NCBI GenBank assembly: GCA_964016885.1
Contig: OZ024740.1
Coordinates: forward strand, 196,106,001-196,170,000
Length of the DNA stretch: 64,000 bases
Source of the DNA: Eledone cirrhosa
Taxonomy: Eukaryota
Direction: 5' to 3'
The position numbers and the translations under genes are program-made. Positions within the stretch are counted from its first letter, which is position 1; every line of letters begins with the position of its first letter. Shown one piece after another: positions 50,526 through 63,124 of the stretch. Below the pieces are notes generated by a model, which searched no databases, was not told where the DNA came from, and saw only the letters and a list, made by a program, of their open reading frames with translations.

Positions 50526-51175
50526 GTGATTAGCAGTAAATCTGCTTCTGTAGCAGTAAAAACACCACTAGCTAATCTATTCTTTAAGGCTTTAGATAAT
50601 TCCTTCCCTAGTCAACATAAATATCGTTCCATATTTAATAGACACACAATTAAGCTTTCTTATTCTACAACTATGAATATGCCCCAAAACATTGCTAAAT
50701 TAAATAGTAGAATTCTAAACCAAAATCAGCATAATGGTGTTAATAATAGTGTTAATATAAATAATAATAAATCGAAATGTAATTGTAGAAATAAACCAGA
50801 TTGCCCTCTGCAAAATAATTGTCTGGATAGAAATTTGGTGCATAAATGCACTGTAAAAACAAATAACATCACATACAACTACATAGGGGCAACTTCTTCG
50901 ACATTTAAATCGAGATTTGCGAATCACAAATGCTCGTTTTCGAATCCTAATAGGAAGTCTTCGACTTCTTTATCACATCTTATATGGTCATTAAAAGACA
51001 AAAATTTTAAATACTCGATTTTTTGGACGAAGCTTTGTAATAGTAGAATCTACTTGAACTCGTCTATATCAACTAACTGCAACCTCTGTATAAAGGAGAC
51101 CCTATTAATAATTACTAATTATGAGAACTTAATTAACAAAAAAAAGTGAATTATTCTCAAACTGCCTTCATAAAG
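50526..51175 (+). pseudogene. Penelope C-terminal linker + GIY-YIG endonuclease
   Basis: IFNRHTIKLSYS..CNCRNKPDCPLQNNC..VHKC..YIGAT..FKSRFANH..LSHLIWSLK..CNLCIKE. A frameshift in an A-run precedes SELFSNCLH. Confidence 0.88.
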
Positions 51176-53169
51176 CTTTGTCTACATTCCAAGCCTCGCA
51201 AAAAGTCAGGAAAAAACACTAAACAAACAGGTTTTAATTTTTGACATCTCTTATCAACTGTTGTACCTAAAACGTTATAACAGTTTATAAAACTTTAATA
51301 ATACTTTATTTTCTAATCATTTATGTTAGAATTAATGTTAGAATGAAGGATCCTGTTTAGGTATATAAACATATTATTTGTTAACTTGTTCTCTTGATAA
51401 ATATGCACACCTTTGGATTATTTTAGATATTTATAATTTAGATTTGGATCTTTATATATTTGTCTCTGTTTTAAATATATAATTTGGATATTTAACTTGT
51501 AAGATTACCAGTTATAATTGAACCGTAAATCATTCATGCATTTATATATTTTACTCATTTTGGGTATGTTTTGGGACTCAGAAAGTTAGATTTGCACATA
51601 TGTATTTTTATATATATCTAGGTATAAATATAACTGTTTCTATTTTAGGCACAAGGCCAGCAATTACCCAGTGCTTTACTGGTACTTTATTTTATCGAAC
51701 CATACTAGTCGACAAATATTGGTCTCTCTTTCCACTAAACTGGAGATAAAACTACAATTATAACATTACTAATAATGATTGTAATTATTAAAATATTATA
51801 TGTATATCGTTTCACTAATACCTATAATACTCTCTCTATATATTTGAACAAATTTGTTTATCTAGTATAATAACTTGCTCGTAGTTACATTTATAAGTAA
51901 TTTAGATACTCAAATGACTCTCTATTGTTATAAGTGTTAGATATTCCCTTGATGTTCGAAATTATATAAAGATTATTACTTAATTTAATTTATTTTATTT
52001 TAATTAAATTTAGATTACTCGGGTCTTTCAAATCTTTAGCTCCTCTTTCTATCACCTTCGTTGGACATTTTAGAAGTATCTTTTGTATACTATATAATAA
52101 AACCCTCTTGCATTTTAAACTATATTTTTTAATATTGGGCATTTTTATGTTTCGCAAACAATTCATTATTTTTTCACTTTTTATTTTATTTTGTATCTAG
52201 TCCTTATCCTTAGGACTCATATAGTTTTCACTTATATATTTATAGTATATATCTATTAAATGATCCTTTTACAATAATTGATCTAAAACATTAATTTTTA
52301 ACAATATTTTCAGTAACTTATTTACTATATTGTATTATGTTATGTATATTTGAAAGGTATCATCTTAAGTCTTTAGACAAATAATCTTTGTGTATTTTTT
52401 TTTATAAACACATATGTAATTTAAAATTCAGACCTTTTTAAGTTTAATTATAAGGCCTGTTGATCCTTTAAGCACTCAAATTGTTAATCATAAATTCTTT
52501 AAAAATTATAACTGTAATTATTTTCTAAATTATATTATATAAACTGTTGTCAATATTATAAATAATTTTGGTAAAGTTTACCTTCGTGAGGTTGTAGAAA
52601 CATTATGTTTTCTTTCTCGTGTTTGTAAATCCTTTAAATCTGATTTCATAAAATTTGATTTTAGAAATTAAATTTGATAGTATACTTTAATATTAATACA
52701 GATACCTATTAACTTTTAAAACCTAAAATATTATTCATTACTCTGAACTAACTTAAATTAAATATTTTGCATATTAACGGTCAACCAAATAAGTTTAGAT
52801 ATATATTGTATATATGGATAATTGTCTAAAGACTTGAACATAAGTTATTCCTATTTATCTCTCTCTCTCTGTAATCAACTCTCTTTTGTTTTTCTAGGCT
52901 CCTACTAACTATATTATCCCCTCATCTGTTTCTTCCTCTATGCTTTCCTTTCTTTCCTCTTTCTTCAGTAATTTAAATTATTTAACAGTTATATTGATGC
53001 CAAGTATTTTTTAAGCTGTCTCACACGCACCCTCTCTATTGTATGTATTATATATTTTTCTCATGTTCTCAATATTAAGGTATATAAATATTGAGTTTTG
53101 TTATATATTACTCACTACCATGACTGAATCTTAACCATCTACTATGTCAGGGTATGTCATGCATCATCT

Positions 53170-53236
53170 TATTTTATCTGATGAGGACGTACCGTTGAAG
53201 TTAACTCAGTACTTCTGAAATATGTATAATAAAATA
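53170..53236 (+). ncRNA. Minimal type I hammerhead ribozyme in the Penelope pLTR
   Basis: Stem I TATTTTAT/ATAAAATA, CTGATGA, stem II GGACGTAC..GTACTTCT, GAAA, self-complementary stem III ATATGTAT. Predicted cleavage after AUA at 53228. Confidence 0.8.
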
Positions 53237-53402
53237 TACTTGATCACAAGAATATCTATTTTGTTAATATTTTGAATTAATATTAATAACTCTGGAAAAC
53301 CTTTCTGTTGAGTGCTTCCAATCTATTGTAAAACTTATTCTTTGATTTATTCATTGAACCTTGTTTAACTTTTAAATATGTATATATATATATTTTTTTT
53401 TT

Positions 53403-56400
53403 ATGACCATGCTGTAAAATGGAGGGGTAGAGAGGGCCCTTGAGTCTAGTAAGACATCCTCTCTAGTGCTGGTGGCACAAATAAAAGCACCCAGACCATG
53501 CTGTAAAGTGGTGCTGGTGTTAGGAAGGGTATCCAACCAGTGTATCAATGCCAAAACGCTTATCAGCACAGCAACAAATAGGTTCAACAACAAAATATGA
53601 AGACGTCGCATCAATGTTGGCACTCTCAGAAGTAGATCTGCTGAAATAGCGGAGATGCTGGAGAGAAGGCAGGTGGATGTGTGCTGCGTGCAAGAGGTGA
53701 GATGGAGAGGTGCCTCTGCGAGACTAGTCGTAGGCAAACGTCTTAGCTATAAGCTATTCTGGGTAGGTAAGGATGATGGGTTAGGGGGAGTAGGCATTTT
53801 CCTGGCTGAGAAATGGATCAATAAGACAATAGAGGTAGATCGAGTTAGTAATCGAATAATTAAGCTTAGATTAGCTGTAGGTAGGAGACTACTGACAATC
53901 ATCTCGGCCTATACTCCCCAAGCAGGCCTAGGCAAAGATCAGAAAGACAGCTTTTATGAGCAACTTTTACAAACAACCGCAATGACAGAGGACGGAGACA
54001 TCGTTATGCTAGCAGGAGACTTCAATGGTCATGTTGGACAGCTCCAGGATGGTTACACTGGGGTACATGGTGGGCACGGTTACGGTTCAAGAAATGAAGA
54101 AGGAGTGAGACTTCTTGAATTTTGTGATGCAGGTACATTGACTATTTGCAACACTAACTTCCAGAAACCTGCCAATCACCTAATAACCTACAAATCTGGT
54201 GAGCACATAAGCCAGATTGACTTCTTGCTAGTGAGGCAGCGGGACAGGCAGATAGTGTCTAATACCAAGGCATACCCTGGGGAAGAATGTACCCCACAGC
54301 ATAGGTTAGTTGTTAGTGATATCTCAGTAAGCAAGAGATGGAATGAGACATATAGGAAGGTGTGAAGAAGAAAGGTCTGGAAGCTAAAAGACCTTTCAGT
54401 AAAATACAAATTTAGGAAAGCCCTTCAAGATGTATATGACGAAAAAGAAGACGATTTAGAGACGTATGACATAGATAATAACTGGAATTTCTTCCGTGAC
54501 AACTTGCTGCAGGCTACTGATGAAACTTGTGGCTGGAGCAGAGCTCCAACCAGACAGAGAGTGACCTGGTGGTGGAACAGCACAGTAGATAAGGCTATTA
54601 GAGACAAAAGACTAGCATGGAAGGCTTGGAAAAAGGGTGGGAGTAGGGAAGAATATACAGCCACTAAGAGAGAAGCTAGACGTCAGGTGTACTTAGCACG
54701 CAGGGAGGCAGAGAGTAGGAGGTTTGCCAATGTTCTGCGACGGGAAGATCAGAGGCGTGCGGTGTTCCACATTGCAAGGCAGTGTGTCAATGCAAATCAG
54801 GATGTTGTTGAAGATAAATGTGTCCGGGATGATGCCGGTGTAGTTAGTGTCACGAATGATCAGAAAAAGGAGGCCTGGAAATGTCATTATGAGAGACTGA
54901 TGAATGTGGAGAACAAATGGGAGAGAGAGAAATTACCCTTGGTAGATCCGACAGAGGGACCAGCTATTGAGATTGACGAATATAGGGTCCAAGAGGCGAT
55001 TAGGGAGATGAAAAATGGTAAGGCTGCCGGTCCATCGGGAATAGTTGCTGAGATGCTGAAGGCATCAGGGGACGTAGGCACTAAACTGGTTGCACGCATC
55101 ATCAATCAGGCTATATTTGGTGGTGTCATACCCAAAGACTGGTGCAGCAGTATTCTCATAAATTGCTACAAAGGTAAAGGGGATGCTTTGGAGAGGAGCA
55201 ATTATAGGGGTATAAAACTGATAGATCAGGTTATGAAAGTGGCAGAAAGGATTTTAGCACAACTAATTAGAGAAAGGGTCAAACTAGATGAGATGCAGTT
55301 TGGTTTTGTGCCTGGGAAGAGTACAACAGAGGCCCTCTTCTTGGTGAGACAATTGCAAGAGAGGTTCTTAGAGAAGAATAAGCCACTATACTTAGCCTTT
55401 GTTGACCTAGAGAAAGCCTTTGATAGGGTACCCCGATCTGTCATCTGGTGGTCCCTAAGGAAGCTAGGTGTTGAGGAATGGCTTGTGAGGACAGTGCAAA
55501 CTTTGTACAGAGGTACTCTCATTAAAGTCAGGGTAGGAATGGAGTTTAGTGAGGAATTCCAGATACAAGTAGGAGTACATCAGGGTTCGGTCCTCAGCCT
55601 GCTCTTGTTCATTATAGTCCTCCAAGCCATAACAGAGGAGTTTAAGACTGGCTGTCCATGGGAACTTCTCTATGCTGACGATCTAGTTCTTATAGCAGAA
55701 TCAGTAGAGGAGCTGGAGAATAAATTCTGGCTATGGAAACAGCAGTTGGAAGAAAGAGGACTGAGAGTGAATCTAGCTAAGACAAAAGTGTTGATGAGTA
55801 GAAAAGAGGACAAAACCCTGATTCAGTCAGGGAAATGGCCATGTTCGATATGCAGAAAAGGAACTGGCATAAATTCTATAAAATGCACACAATGCAGATC
55901 CTGGGTACACAAGAGATGTAGCGGGATAGCAGGCAAACTAACAAGTAGGGAGAAATATGTATGCAGTAGATGTACAGGGAAATTAGACAGTAGAAGTCGC
56001 ATTGATAGACACATTTTTCAAATGCAGGAGGGCGCTATAGAAGTGGTGGATAGCTTCCGGTACCTAGGAGATCAGATTAGTATGGGAGGAGGGTGTTCCA
56101 AGGCCATAGTATCTAGAATAAGGACGGGTTGGAAGAAGTTTAGGGAGCTGCTTCCTCTGTTGACGAAGAAGGGTTTCTCCCTGCGTACGAAAGGCCGGTT
56201 GTATGATGCCTGTGTGAGGAGCGTGATGCTGCATAGTAGTGAGACATGGGCAGCAACTGCAGAGGATATGCGACGGCTGGAGAGAAATGAAGCAAGCATG
56301 CTCCGTTGGATGTGCAGTGTAAATGTGCGTGAACGACCCAGCATAAATGTGTTGAGAGAGAAACTGTGTCTGAGAGGTATAGAATGTAGTGTACGGGAGA

Positions 56401-56649
56401 GGAGACTGAGGTGGTATGGACATGTGATGCGCATGGAGGATGACCGATGGGTGAAGAAGTGCCAGGAATTGCCAGTTGAAGGAAGACGTGGTAGAGGTAG
56501 ACCACGAAAAACATGGGCGGAGGTAGTGAGAACAGACCTCAGATCATTGAAGCTCACGGTGGAGATGATGAGGGACCGTGACGAGTGGAGAGATGCTGTG
56601 CTGAATAAGACCCATCCCACCCTTGAAAGCAGGGAAAAGCGGACGTAAA

Positions 56650-56679
<30 letters not shown>
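53403..56679 (+). mobile_element. Near-complete RTE-clade LINE
   Basis: 5' UTR-like AGGAAGGGTATCC motif near 53523. Single EN-RT reading frame. 3' end CCCACCCTTGAAAGCAGGGAAAAGCGGACGTAAAA(TGA)n. TA-microsatellite flanks. The 5' boundary is approximate. Confidence 0.9.
53607..56648 (+). pseudogene. RTE ORF: APE endonuclease + RT + inserted PHD finger; one internal TGA at 54363-54365
   Basis: Endonuclease motifs NVGTL, VQE, AGDFN, IDF, QHRLV. RT motifs FVDLEKAFD, QGSVLS, YADD. ORFs 53655-54365 and 54504-56648 are in the same frame and the gap between them reads open (RRKVWKLKD...). No upstream ATG: TGA at 53598. Confidence 0.92.
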
Positions 56680-56715
<36 letters not shown>

Positions 56716-56952
56716 ATATATGTATAATAATAAAACACATGAATCACATGACAACCACTTTGTGCAAGATTTGTCTGGCAATTTCAGCATATATGTGCTT
56801 TGATATCTTCGTCCCTTCCTCTCTTTTACACACAATGTTGACAAGATAGTCAATGGTAGAACAACACCTATCTATAGCTACCTACCTATGTATCTATCTA
56901 TCATCTGACAATAAAAAACATCTCTCTCTCTATCTATCTATCTATCTATCTA

Positions 56953-57974
56953 TGTCCCCGAGAATACCTCACCAAAATGGAACGCCTACTCTTCAAGTTC
57001 CTCTGGAAGAAACAGGCTCCATTGGTGAGGAGATCCATCTGTTGTCAACACCCTTCTAATGGAGGGCTGGGCATGCCATGGCTGATGATGCGCAAACCCG
57101 CACTGAGGCTACGCCATCTCCAGGTATTCCTGACCGGTGAACCGGTGCGACTGTCGTTTGTGAGACGAGCTCTTCCACAACTCGTCTCACTAACAGAACT
57201 GTAGTCCTGGGTCAAGCAAAGACCGAAAATGGGCACCTGGCACCTCGAGTGCCTTCAGGTGTTCACAGCCCTCTACCAAGCGGAAACGGCAATCAGCGGA
57301 GACTCCACTTCGACATTCTATAGGGGATTGGTGGAGGATAAGTGTGATGACGTTCTCTGGAAAACTCTAGGCATCGAGGAGGATGAACTGACCAGTCTGT
57401 TCAGGAGGGCTTTCCGTCCAGGGCCTATGGATAACTTCCAGAGGTCTCTGGCCTGGCAGTGCTACAGAGGAGCTCTACCAGTTCGAGACAAAATCTACAG
57501 GCACGGACGCCCTGCCAAAAAGACCTGTCCATTGAAACCATTCTGCACGCAATTGTTCAGTGCCCAGGAGTGACCGACCTGTGGAATTATGTCGAACAGC
57601 TACTGTCACGTGTGGGACACATCCAGTTGTCAGCCGAATCCATCGTGAGAATCACCCCACGGCCTTCATTTAAGAATGAAGGAGAGGCAGTTTTCCTCTG
57701 TCTGGTGGCTATGGCGAAAGAGGTAATATGTTAGACGAGGTTAAAAGGACTGAGGGCAAACACCTCTCTCTCCGGACAAGAACTCATCACTTTCTTTAAG
57801 TACCACTTCAGAAGGAAGGTGAGAGTGGAGAGAGAGAGGTGCTAAACCCCAGTAAATTCGCTTAAAAGGTGGGTGAATGTGGCGAAAATGGCCCAAGTGA
57901 ATGGGCCTGTAAAAACCCCGCCATTACGTCTTGTAATGTCCCATTTTTGTACGCCCCTGTGGCAAATAAAGAAA
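56953..57974 (+). mobile_element. Tx1-like LINE 3' fragment (diverged subfamily, short 3' UTR)
   Basis: MERLLFKFLWKKQAPLVRRSICCQHPSNGGLGMP is homologous to the 12.6 kb copy. Ends in AATAAAGAAA inside (TATC)n. Confidence 0.88.
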
Positions 57975-58185
57975 TATATCTATCTGTCTGTCTGCCTATC
58001 TATTTGTCTATCTATCTCTGTTTGTCTAGCTGTCTGTCTCACTCACTTTATCTATCTATCTATCTATCTAACTAACTCTCTATGTATTTACCTATCTATC
58101 TACCTAACTGTCTATCTACCTACCTATCTCTCCATCTATATACCTACCTACTTTTCTATTTACATGTCTATCTGACTGGCTATGA

Positions 58186-59352
58186 TGAGAAGATCCACCT
58201 GCTGCCAACACCCTTCAAACGGAGGGCTGGGGATGCCGTGGCTGACGATGCGCAAACACGCGCTCAGGCTGCGGCACCTCCAAGTATTCCTCACCGGACA
58301 ACCAGTGTGGGCCCCGTTCGTGAGGCAAGCATTCCCACGACTCATCTCGCTGACCGAGCTGCAGTCCTGGGTCAAGCAAAGACCGAGGAAAATGGGCGAC
58401 TGGCACATCGAATGTGCTCAGGCGCTCACAGCCTTCTGGCAGGCGGACCCGGCAATCAGTGGTGACTCCACTTTGTCATTCTATAGAGGGTTGGTCTGCA
58501 GCAAGTGCGACGACGCGCTCGGAGAAACTCTAGGCATAGAGGACGACGAACTGGCCAGTCTGTTCGGTAGAACCTTCCACCCGGGACCGATGGACAACTT
58601 CCAAAAGTCCCTGGCCTGGCAGTGCTACCGAGGAGCTCTACCAGTTCGAGACAAGCTCTACAGACACGGGCGCCTAGGCAGGGACCCTTCGAAAAAGATC
58701 TGTCCGAGATTCGTGCGCGACAAGGAAACCGTCGCACACGCATTCGTACACTGCCCGAGTGTTACCAACCTGAGGGGCTATGTAGAATGACTATTGTCGC
58801 GGGTGGGACCCATCCGGTTGACCACCGACTCCATTGTCATAATCAAACCGCCACCCTCCTTCAAAAACGAAGGAGAGGCGGTTTTCCTTTGTGTGATAGC
58901 TATGGCAAAAGAGGTTGTATGGTGGATGAGGTTAAAAGTGCTGAGGTCAGACACCTTTCTCTCCGGCCAACAACTGATTCTTTTTTTCAAATACCACTTT
59001 GGAAGAAGAATCAGGATGGAGAGAGAGGTGCTGTACCCCAGCAAATTTTATGAAAGGTGGGTGAAAGTGGCGAGAATGGCCCGAGTGAATGGGCCTTCTC
59101 TCTATATCAGCCTGTAGGTTGAGGAAAAGGAGTAAGAGAGGAAAGGGGTACAAACTCTTCGTACTCCTGGAGATGAGGGTTGCACATTTTTTTCGGAGGT
59201 ATGTGTTACCCATATGAAATGTTTCCCCTATTGGGGAAAATCGATTAACTTTTAAATTACATTTGTGATAATATTTTACACGTTTTTATTGTATGTAAAC
59301 TTCCCCCTTTGTATTTGTCCCCTTCTTGTGTGCCTCTGGCTAATAAAGAAAA
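58186..59352 (+). mobile_element. Tx1-like LINE 3' fragment, highly similar to 11549-12680 in reverse
   Basis: ORFs 58182-58790 and 58794-59117 with CPRF..ETVAHAFVHC. Same 3' UTR and AATAAAGAAA end. TATC-type flanks. Confidence 0.9.
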
Positions 59353-61710
59353 ATATCTATTTATGTATATTTACTAATGTATCTATCTTTGGATAAGAAC
59401 AACAGCCCAAAGATAATTAGACAGATAAGTAAAACAAGGTTTATTGTATTTTAGTGGGTATATGTTTGAAAATGTTTAAAGAAAATATGGAAGAAAATTC
59501 ACAAAATTGATTTAAATGAATGTAAAATGAAATAGGGCAATGGCCAGGATGAAAACAAAGCCAAGGAAAACTCAAGCATTCATGTGTTCTTATAGAGAAT
59601 GTTGTAATCAAGAAATTATTAAATCAAGTATTTCTTTACGATAAACCTCATCATTTTTTACTGGTACTATGCTAGTATACATATATATATAGTAATAATA
59701 ATAATCATTATCATCATCGTTTAATGTCCATCTTCCATGCTAGCATGGGTTAGACAGTTTTGTTCCATTTGATGCGGGAATGGTCGGGAGACCATGTTTC
59801 GCTCGTACGGAAACGTCTCTGGCAGGTTTTTTACAGCTGGATGCCCTTCCTAACACCAACCACATTTACAGTGTCTCCTACACGACCACCTTACAGTGTG
59901 GACTGTTGTGTCATCGACACAGTAGACAGAACAGGAAAGGGAGGATGGGAGTAGGGTGTGTGGGTAAATTCATTGAGCTGGCATGAGATATATTTGAACA
60001 TGGTTGATACCTCCCAGAGAAGAAGAGAGAGAGAAATAATAATAATATTATTTCAGAAGATCCCGTTAAGGGTGAAAGCAGTGATTCTTTGCTTAAACTT
60101 TAATCTGTTCTTATATTAAATAAATATATATATATATATCGACAGTCGATCGACTTTCATCAAATCGGACCAAGGATACTAAGTTTCCGTTGGTCTTTCA
60201 AATTGTTAATACTATCTATTGGTCGTAACTTCCAGGTAGAACGAGCAATGTAAAATAAAGTGTCTTGCTGAAGGACATAACGCATCACCCGGTCCAGGAA
60301 TCGAACTCACAACCTCACGATTGCGAATCAAATTCTCTAACCACTTAGCCACGTATGTATGCAAAAAGAAAACAGAAATAACAAAGCAAACAACACAGTA
60401 CAATGAAGAAATATATTATTAATTTTATACTTGATATAGTAGAAAAAGAGTCTTAACATTTCCGACGCTAGTCCTTCATCAAAAAATAGAATAAGAAATT
60501 AAAAAAGAAATAGAAAGAATGAGGAAACAGGCAACGGAGGAAATGAAAAAAAAATTTTTTAGAGAAAAATAACAGATCCATTCATATATATGCTGAACAA
60601 TGAAAACAAAAGGCAACATTTAATGTTTAATCAGTTCATTGATACACGATCATTTTAGAAGGTTGATTGATCATGATAAGTTGATATAATGACTAATCGA
60701 TAGTAGTTATGTAACTCCATATTATTAATCTTGATACTATGGATACATCTCTTCAGAAATGTCTGTAAAACAATGAACTGCTTAAGCACTAAACTTCGCC
60801 TTTTGTTTTCGTTGCACAACATATATATATATATATATATGACTCTGTAGGTCATTAGAATGCTCAATGGAAAAGCCTACTTCAAAAACAAAACAAGAAC
60901 GCTCATCACCAGATCTTATTGAAATTATCTCTTCTAGACTACATGGGATTCTAACAATGTTATTGGCCCTAGCAATATATATATATAAACTATAATAAAG
61001 TAAGAAACACGGGATTGCGTACGGTTTATAATGTTTTTATCCCCTTAGTAAAATAAGTTGGATTACTTTGAATAAATAATGAATGAATATTACATAATTT
61101 ATCTACTAAATTTTGTGGCTGTTCATTAAATATATTTTATTATTTATTTAAAGATTCACTTCTTTAAAATTTTCAAATGTCAACACTTCCAGTGGCGATC
61201 GCTTAAATAAATACTCATATATTTCCGTCACTATCTTTCTCCTAATGCAGTTTATATATAATATCGTCTTTTTTTTAATGTATCATGGATTACGTTACTG
61301 ATTACATAAGACAGTGTAACACAGTCTTCGCTCAATTTCTGTGTATATTGTCAATTACGATTTTATTTGATGTATCATATCTACATGCATATATACTTGT
61401 GTAAAATATCAATATACATACTACACATACTAGCAGAAAAACCACCGAGGAAAGCACAAACGGTGGGTAGTTTCCTTTCATCAGTTGTCTTCTGGAGATC
61501 ATGGACATTTCTACGCATTAAAGACAAGTCTATTATATATATTAAAATTCAGCTTCAGTATAGCTGTATATTCACATGTATGTGAATTTTGTATATCTAA
61601 AAATATATGGCATGTTTAATGAGTAAACATTTTGGAAGCCCAGCAATGACTATTGAAAGGTTGATGAACAGCGCCGCCTAGCGGATTCCAGGAAAAGCAG
61701 TGGGGGATAA

Positions 61711-61750
61711 CTGTCTATGCATTTCAAGCTACTGGCTCTTATCAGGACAG
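61711..61750 (-). ncRNA. Minimal hammerhead motif with a core G8>A change
   Basis: Minus strand reads CTGTC-CTGATAA-GAGC cagta GCTT-GAAA-TGCA-TA-GACAG. Confidence 0.55.
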
Positions 61751-62949
61751 TGCTTCCCCCTGCTCTTAGTTGGAACTTAAAACAGGCAAAAATATATAGT
61801 TTTTTGCCTGTACAGGTGGGCTGATTAGTCTTATTTGCATATGAAGCTGTATTATATATATATATAGCTGTCCCACCCTTGCAATCAGGGAAAAGAGGAC
61901 GTAAAATGATAATGATGATGATATATATATATATATATAACCGATTTTTTCACTCACTTGTTAATTAATGTTTGATCTGAGATATGTTGGCTGAGTGCAT
62001 ATGGAAGGGTTGAAGCATAGACTCTCGACTCCTAGCCATCACGTACATTTCTGAACCAGTAGCCAATCAGTTGACAGTATTTTGATGACGCAGAGGGATT
62101 CCAGTTACTACTTTACTACTGTGTCGCCTGTCACATTTACTGCCATAGCCAGCACAGACTAGAACCGAATCCTGTCGAGCGATTGGTTATTGATTAGGTG
62201 AGACCCGTTGATGAAGCCACATGTGCCAATTGTGCTTTATTGCATAGTAAATGCAGACAATGGATGCTGTAGCTCTCTTACTGCATTAGGTGTGGCAGAA
62301 ACTTGAGTACGGGTATAAATTTATGGTACCCATTTACGTGTGTTGTATCAAGGCAAATAACTTTGTGTATACTCTGGCGCTATGCAGTTTTACGAAAGAC
62401 CCACCCTCTATTGTTCTTAGGATGAGGCTTATACCTAGTAGGCAACAGCTTCCTCAACCTGCTATCCCCTCTCATCCACCTCCCTTAGCGGTAACCATAC
62501 CTTCCTACTACCCTGACTACATCCTTTTTCCCCAAGCCCCTCCACCCTCCCTAGTCCCCACTGTGTTGTGTCGGTGACACAGCAAAGATGCCCAGTCCAC
62601 ACTGTAAAGAACATCCAGCCCACACAGTAAAGTGATTGTGTAGGTGTCACGACAAAAAGTACCCAGCACACACTGTAAATGTGGTTGGCGTTAGGAAGGG
62701 CATCCAGCAATAGAAAACCAGCCCCAAAACACCCAGTCCACACTGTATAGACACGGCAAAAAGCACCCAGCACACACTATGTGATTGGTGTTAGTAAGGG
62801 CATCCAGCCGTAGAAAACCAGCCAGAAACTCTCCTATATGAGCGAGATACGGTCACCCGACCCAACTTGCCTCTAATTGGGACAAACCCGTCTAACCCAT
62901 GCTAGCGTGGAAGATAGACGTTAATTGACGATGATGATGATGATTACAA

Positions 62950-63124
62950 TTATATTTTCACGGTAAAGGTTTTATCTCACATAATATCGAATCTATGAGA
63001 TTTTGATATTATTTATTTTCAGAACAATTGCTTAACAACAGTATGAGTGGCAATTTACAGCAGGTTTGAACAGAAAGAGGTGAGAGAATTCTGGCTGGAT
63101 ACAGTTGGTTTAAATGCTAAATGG
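62950..63124. mobile_element. piggyBac-type MITE, partial
   Basis: Same internal sequence as the other copies. Right end TGCTAAATGG|TTAA. Confidence 0.7.

Larger units (their letters stand above)
49445..53375 (+). mobile_element. Penelope-like element, 5'-truncated, with inverted pseudo-LTR
   Basis: GIY-YIG ORF, about 650-bp inverted repeats (49445-50093 and 52632-53283), and a hammerhead core in each repeat. Confidence 0.9.

Noticed and set aside
54363-54365. In-frame TGA as programmed readthrough or selenocysteine
   Set aside because: It lies in a poorly conserved linker and no SECIS was recognised. A simple nonsense mutation is more parsimonious.
61429-61470. Possible minus-strand Helitron 3' end (CTAG plus weak hairpin)
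   Set aside because: The hairpin is poor and no matching 5' TC end was identified.
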